The translations under genes and the position numbers were made by a program. A stretch of DNA of 64,000 bases, taken from the NCBI GenBank assembly GCA_951406725.2, contig OX597821.1, forward strand, positions 25,296,001 to 25,360,000, read 5' to 3'. The notes below the pieces were generated by a model. The model saw only the letters and a program-made list of their open reading frames with translations. It was not told where the DNA came from and did not search any database. Positions 57,690 to 64,000 of the stretch are shown here, piece by piece; the stretch's first letter is position 1; every line of letters starts with the position of its first letter. Origin of the DNA: Octopus vulgaris (lineage: Eukaryota).

Positions 57690-58249
57690 TCTCTCTCTCT
57701 CCTTTTCTCTCTCATTCACTGTCTCTCCTCTCTCTCTCACTCTCTCTTTCGCTCTATCAAGAAAATATATCTATATAACTGCACTCATTCAAATCACAGC
57801 AGATAGAGTAATGAATAACATTATTTTTTGGAACGTCTAAACTCGAACCAAACAAAGCTATTAATAATAACGTGCAAATATTGTTTAAAAACAGATCTTT
57901 GGACCCACAATACTCTGATTAACTTCAACAAATGAGTATTATTACAGTATTACATTGTGGTGCAATGGCTACAATCCAATGATTGAAGCCAATAAATATC
58001 TAGTTGCGCCAATGATAACGGTTTTAATTTTTGCATGAATCTGCATAATGGATAATGAGAAAGTACAGAGAAGGAAAGCAACAACAATAACAGGGATATA
58101 TAAAGGATATAACCATTTTCAAATGTGTATTCGTTAAACTAATTGTATATGTTTGCTTATAACCTTATATCTGTTCCATTCTAAACAAAACTGTACGACG
58201 AACGGGAACGTGAAACTCTGAGTAACAGTTTTTGTGATATTTCTGCTGC

Positions 58250-58414
58250 TTAGCCACTACACATTTTTTTTCTCTCCTTGTTTTTTCTGTGTCCCTTTCT
58301 GTAGAAGAGCGTAGGCTCGAAACGTAAAAGATTTTTTCTATTCCTGAGCGTTATACTAATACATATGTTTGTTTTGTACACCACCTGTCTTCGACTTGTT
58401 TTTTCGTAAAGTAT

Positions 58415-58418
<4 letters not shown>
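58250..58418 (+). mobile_element. Family P2 element with hammerhead-like motif (58295-58330, core CUGUAGA)
   Basis: CUUU-CUGUAGA-A-GAGC-GUAG-GCUC-GAAAC-GUA-AAAG; ends in (TA)n. Confidence 0.7.
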
Positions 58419-58481
<63 letters not shown>

Positions 58482-58832
58482 TGTATGTATATATATGTAT
58501 GTATATGTAAGTATTTACACACACACACACATACACGCTTGCATCGAAGTGTGTGTCATAGAAAAAGCCCAAAAGACATCAGAAAGTATTTTTGGTCCCA
58601 GGTCTGTTGTTGACAGAGAAAGCCTAATATCAAAGGCGTCACAACCATTGGCCCTCCGCATTTCTGTATAGCTATGGCTACATTGTCCAATGAGTCCTTC
58701 CTTCTTTTAACACTGTAGAGTATGCTGTTAGAAAATCGGGCTGCTGTTTCTAGCAACGACGTAGAGGCTCTTTCGTTGGGTCAGCTGTTAGTATACGGAA
58801 AGGAAAGAAAGGAAGGAAGAAAGAAGGAAGGA

Positions 58833-58903
<71 letters not shown>

Positions 58904-59409
58904 GGAGAAAGAAAGAAAGGAAGAAAGAAAGAAAGGGAGAGAGAATATATAAATGATTTCATCTCATGTCATAACAAGTCTGGCAATGGAATTAATTATG
59001 GCAACGGTAGAAGAGGAGAAGGGGTAAGAAGAGGAAGTATAGATTACGTACAGCATGTAAAATGTGAGCGGTTTTGGTTACGTCATCAGCAGTATTGGCT
59101 ATCGCTTGACTTCACTGTCCATGAAAACATAGACGGAACGTTTTTGTTAATGGAAATATATCTAACGACACAGAGATCAGCTTACTTGCCGCTAGGTTTA
59201 CAGTTTTGCTTCCTTGTTCTTAGCAAAGGTAATTAACATCTGATGCCTCAGTCAGTACAGTCGTAAATATCACTTAAAGAAACGCATTCAGTATATCCAA
59301 CTGGCTTGATCTCTCTACCTTGCTAGATATTACTGACATAAGGGGGTATTAGCAAGTCATGTACTTCTGTTTGTCACCTATTCATAACTAGGTAGGAAGC
59401 TGTACTTCC

Positions 59410-59805
59410 TTGGATGTTGTAAGCATCCTTGTGTACCTCCGTTGTAATGCAATGAATATTTGTTATCCTGTAATACCGATCTTATATATATATATATATA
59501 ACATGTGACTTCATTGACCGAGGTTACCGTGGTCTTTTCCGTAGGCTTTTCTTTCCACGGGTAAACCTCACCTGTCCTCCCCTTTACACCTTATATTGAC
59601 ATTTCTGTGATAACGATACCTATTGATCAGTTTTTTTCCTTTCCCTTTTTTTTAATTTTATCCCCCCCCCTTTTTTTGTCCTCTTTCTTTCCCTTTACGA
59701 TCCCTTTTGATCGAAAACCAAACCCCCTTTTTACCCCCAAAAGAAAAGCTCTACCTTGTAATTTGTCCTGTCTGTGTGCAGCACTGTGTGGCTAATAAAG
59801 AAACA
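59410..59805 (+). mobile_element. Probable LINE (L1/Tx1-like) 3' UTR
   Basis: Pyrimidine-rich UTR ending TGTGTGGCTAATAAAGAAA directly into (TATC)n; terminus similar to the family 2 SINE tail. Confidence 0.55.
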
Positions 59806-59865
<60 letters not shown>

Positions 59866-59925
59866 AATCTATCTATCTATCTATCTATCTCTTTATCTAT
59901 CTATCTCTTTATTTATCTATCTATC

Positions 59926-59971
<46 letters not shown>

Positions 59972-59986
59972 CTTAATCTATCTATC

Positions 59987-60040
<54 letters not shown>

Positions 60041-60082
60041 CTTTATCTATCTATCTCTTAATCTAGCTATCTTATCTATCTT

Positions 60083-60117
<35 letters not shown>

Positions 60118-60152
60118 CTTTATCTATCTATCTATCTCTTAATCTATCTATC

Positions 60153-60242
<90 letters not shown>

Positions 60243-60257
60243 CTTAATCTATCTATC

Positions 60258-60335
<78 letters not shown>

Positions 60336-60446
60336 CTTTATCTATCTATCTATCTCTTAATCTATCTATCTTATCTATCTATCTATCTATCTATCTATCT
60401 CTTTATCTATCTATCTATCTCTTAATCTAGCTATCTTATCTATCTT

Positions 60447-60497
<51 letters not shown>

Positions 60498-60521
60498 CTT
60501 TATCTATCTATCTATCTCTTA

Positions 60522-60561
<40 letters not shown>

Positions 60562-60563
60562 CT

Positions 60564-60600
<37 letters not shown>
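59806..60600. repeat. About 800-bp (TATC)n array with recurring TCTCTTTA/TCTCTTAA/TCTTA interruptions
   Basis: Direct reading. Confidence 0.97.
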
Positions 60601-60618
<18 letters not shown>

Positions 60619-60796
60619 CCTCTCTTTTTTTCTTTCTTCCTTTTGTTTCGTCACTTTTTTTGTTTTTCTTATATTTTGCACTGATCTTATTTATACAAAC
60701 ATACAAATACAACATGTGTGTTTTATGTGTGTATGTGTGTGTGCATACAAGCATACACCACACGCACTCACAGAGAGAGAGAGAGAGAGACGTGTT

Positions 60797-60837
<41 letters not shown>

Positions 60838-60990
60838 ACACACACACACATATATGGTGGAGAGCGTACTTGTGTGTGTGTGACTGTTTCTGTATATGTA
60901 CATAAAAGGTATCCCACTGTTACCCCTATGATATTTATTAAATTCATTTAACCGGATCTAATAATGTTGTTGTCGTCTTCGTTGTCATTG

Positions 60991-61260
60991 TTGGCGGTGG
61001 CGGTGGCGGTGGTGGCGGTGGTGGTGGTGGTGGCGGTGGTGGTGGCGGTGGTGGTTGTTGGTGGCGGTGGCGGTGGTGGTGGTGGTGGTGGTGGTGGTGG
61101 TGGTGGTGGTGGCGGTAGTGGTTGGTGGTGGCGGTGGTGGTGGTGGTGGTGGTGGTGGTGGTGGTGGTGGTGGTGGTGGTGGCGGTGGTGGTTGTTGGTG
61201 GCGGTGGCGGTGGTGGTGGTGGTGGTGGTGGTGGCGGTGGTGGTAGTGGTGGTGGTGGTA
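60991..61260. repeat. (GGT)n/(GGC) trinucleotide array
   Basis: Direct reading. Confidence 0.97.
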
Positions 61261-61385
61261 CACGAAGAGAGCGACAAAGACAGGTAGAAACTTACAATGT
61301 AGTAAAAAAAAAAAGGAAACGAAAAAGGAAGAAAGGAAGGAAGGAAGGAAGGAAGAAAGAAAGAAAGAAAGAAAGACAGAAAGAC

Positions 61386-61436
<51 letters not shown>

Positions 61437-61669
61437 AATGTGTTTGAGAATAAAATGGTGTTAAATTTAATGGGAAAGTTGCGCAACAATTTTGACGTTG
61501 TTGCTATTAAAAAACTGAGGGGAAAAAAACAGTATAACTGATGTGACCTGCAAAAGTGACCTACAAAATACCTCACGCCTTCTTGTATTTCTAATGAAAC
61601 GGTCAGCATTAAAGATACTGACCCTAAGTAAATCTTATGGAAGTTGGGTGAGATTAAGGTTTTACTTAT

Positions 61670-61900
61670 TCCGGTTAATTAGGCTGCGGCCATGCTAGAG
61701 CACCGCCTTGAAGGGTTTTCGTCGCGCTAATCGACCCTAGTTCTTTTCTTTCTTTTTTTTTCAAGCCTGGTACTTATTCTGTCAGTCTGGTTCATGTTCA
61801 ACTGCTAATTTAGAGGGAGGTAAACACACCGACGCCGGTTTTCAATCAGTGGTGGTGGTGGTGGTGGTGGGTGGTAAACATAGACACAAAGACACACAGA
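61670..61900 (-). mobile_element. Diverged family 1 SINE tail
   Basis: CTGCGGCCATGCTAGAGCACCGCC motif. Confidence 0.7.
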
Positions 61901-62083
61901 CACACACACACACATGTATATATGGCAGGATGTATGCTTGTATGTGTGTGACCGTGTGTGTGTGTGTGTATGACCGTGTGTGTATTTATATATATATGTA
62001 TGTATGCGTGTGTGGTGTTATGTATGTATGTATGTGTATCTCTCTCTCTCTTAATATATATATATACACATATATACATATAC

Positions 62084-62138
<55 letters not shown>

Positions 62139-62160
62139 CGCACACACACATACATATATA

Positions 62161-62335
62161 GTTGAAATTTACAGAAAAGCAAAAGACAAAGACAGGTGTA
62201 TGAACAACAAGCAGGTGTATTAGTTTGACGCTCGGGAAAGTGAAAAAGGTTTCACGTTTCGAACCCACGCTCTTCAACAGAAACAGGGAGAGATAAAGAA
62301 AAAAAAAGAAAAAAAAACTTGTGGATTCAGCGATG
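62161..62335 (-). mobile_element. Family P2 element with hammerhead-like motif (62249-62284, core CUGUUGA, GUG triplet)
   Basis: GUUU-CUGUUGA-A-GAGC-GUGG-GUUC-GAAAC-GUG-AAAC; abuts TA repeat. Confidence 0.6.
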
Positions 62336-62379
62336 AAGCCTGGCGATGAAGCCTGGCGATTCATCATCCAAACGAAAAT

Positions 62380-62530
62380 CATGGTATCTCCGAGCTGTCA
62401 TCCTTTCCACACTCCTCTACGGCTATGAGACTTGGAAGTTGTATCGACGTGACTTGAAGAAAATGGAATGTTTCCAGCAGAAACTTCGAGTAACCATGAA
62501 GATTCGATGGAAGATGGAAGGACTATATTA
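62380..62530 (+). pseudogene. RTE-clade LINE ORF fragment (post-RT region)
   Basis: RAVILSTLLYGYETWKLYRRDLKKMECFQQ...LR...MKIRW. Confidence 0.85.
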
Positions 62531-62539
62531 CTAATGAAG

Positions 62540-62596
<57 letters not shown>

Positions 62597-62654
62597 CGTG
62601 CGTGTATGTGTGTATGTGTGTGTTTGTATGCATGTATAAGTGATATGTCACTTA

Positions 62655-62900
62655 TCGGAGGGAGCATAGCCTGGTTAGGGTGTTGCACTCACGATCGCCA
62701 GATGGTGGTTTCAATTCTTGGACCGGGTAGTCCGTTGTATTCTTAAGCAAAACACTTCATCTCTGCGAACACTTCGACACCTGACGTGTGGTACACTGTG
62801 CACCTGTCGATTTGATGGAGTGAGAAAGCTAATGTACGACATAAACATTTGATCACTATAAACAAATCGTTCGTTTATAGTGATCGAAAAATTGCAGCAG
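62655..62900 (+). mobile_element. Old tRNA-derived SINE
   Basis: TAGCCTGGTTAGGGTG...GGTTTCAATTC head; related to 16190-16360. Confidence 0.6.
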
Positions 62901-63195
62901 AACCATCTTTCTAGAGAGACTGCCATCGTGTCATTTATCGACAATGGTTGGGGTTAGCTGCCAAACACGTCTTCAGCAACACATAAACTCGGAACCTTAA
63001 GAGCCGTGGTGGAGAATTGTCAGGTACTCCACCGATTTCACAATCAGCTCCTTTTCATTAAAAAAAAAACTCCACTTACATAAGGAGTACAGGAAGCTAC
63101 CTTAGGTTGTGTACTAAATGAACGCCATTACTAATAATGGTTTCGATTTGGGGCACAAGGTCAGCAATTTCGCAGAAGGGTAAGTTAATTACATC

Positions 63196-63893
63196 CAGTG
63201 GCGGCTCGTGTATAGGCACTGCGGAACTGCAGCGCCCCTTATTTCCACTCGATATTAGCGATAACATTCAATATAATGAGTAATTTTTTTTCTTTATTTC
63301 TTTCTTTATACTTGTACATTATATAATCCTTAAGCTTAATGTCAGTAGCCATCCCCTAGTTTATGAAAAAATACAAAAATCCTTGTATAGAACTGTGCGC
63401 TTCACAGTTCCAGCGACGTGATGTTTGGTTGTTGTGCGCATGCTCACATGTCCGAGATAGGAAGCTTCATACTAGGGTGAGAGAGCACTGCCTGAATGAC
63501 AGTGCCGGGTGAACGGTAATGTTTCTTTTTGACTCCGCATGTGTTATGCTTAAAATAATGTTTATATTCTTGAATGTGATAAAGTGTAGAATTAGATTAT
63601 TATCCTGCTTCAAGCTTCAGTGTTGCTGCCAGGATTTGAAAAATAGGACACATCCCCCCACCCACACTTATTTTGTGATTTGGGGGGTATTCTTGAAAAA
63701 CAAGGGGGAATTGGCTACGATCTTTAGTGAACAAATTAAACACACTACCCGGCAGTGGCTAAAACGCGAACCGATCAAGTTTATTTATAAATTTTCTTTT
63801 TATACATTTGTTTCCTTTTACATAACATTAAAACAACGGTTTAAAATTTTCTGAAGCAGCACCCCCGCTAATTTTATCAACGAGCCGCTACTA
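63196..63893. mobile_element. hAT-type non-autonomous element nested in an old family 2 SINE
   Basis: TIR CAGTGGCGGCTCGT / ACGAGCCGCTACTA; 8-bp TSD ATTACATC/ATTACATT; SINE halves at 63139-63195 and 63894-64000. Confidence 0.85.
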
Positions 63894-64000
63894 ATTACAT
63901 TTAGTTCAACTGATACTTATTTTGCCGACGCAAAAAAGCAAATCGAACTCGGCAGAAATTAAAATCAGAATGTAAAGACTGGCGAAAGCATTTTGCACGC

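Overview
AT-rich, gene-poor eukaryotic DNA, saturated with microsatellites ((TA)n, (TACA)n, (CA)n, (TATC)n, (AAAG)n, (GGT)n). The repeat complement strongly suggests a cephalopod, probably Octopus (inference from recalled SINE sequences). Almost all supplied ORFs are translations of microsatellites or SINEs, not genes. Readable content: at least 5 tRNA-derived SINE families, several with clean target-site duplications (TSDs); decayed mariner (DD34D), maT (DD37D), Tc1, Merlin, hAT, MuDR-like and Helitron elements; and R4/Dong-, RTE-, L1/Tx1- and Penelope-like retroelement fragments. The most notable signal is about 12 minimal type-I hammerhead ribozyme (HHR) motifs inside short Penelope-terminal-repeat-like elements abutting (TA)n tracts. 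They show stem-I covariation and palindromic stem III. One copy is fully canonical (38738-38819), and one subfamily has a fixed non-canonical core CUGUNGA. A set of candidate minus-strand exons suggests the window is largely intronic to an unidentified spliced transcript.
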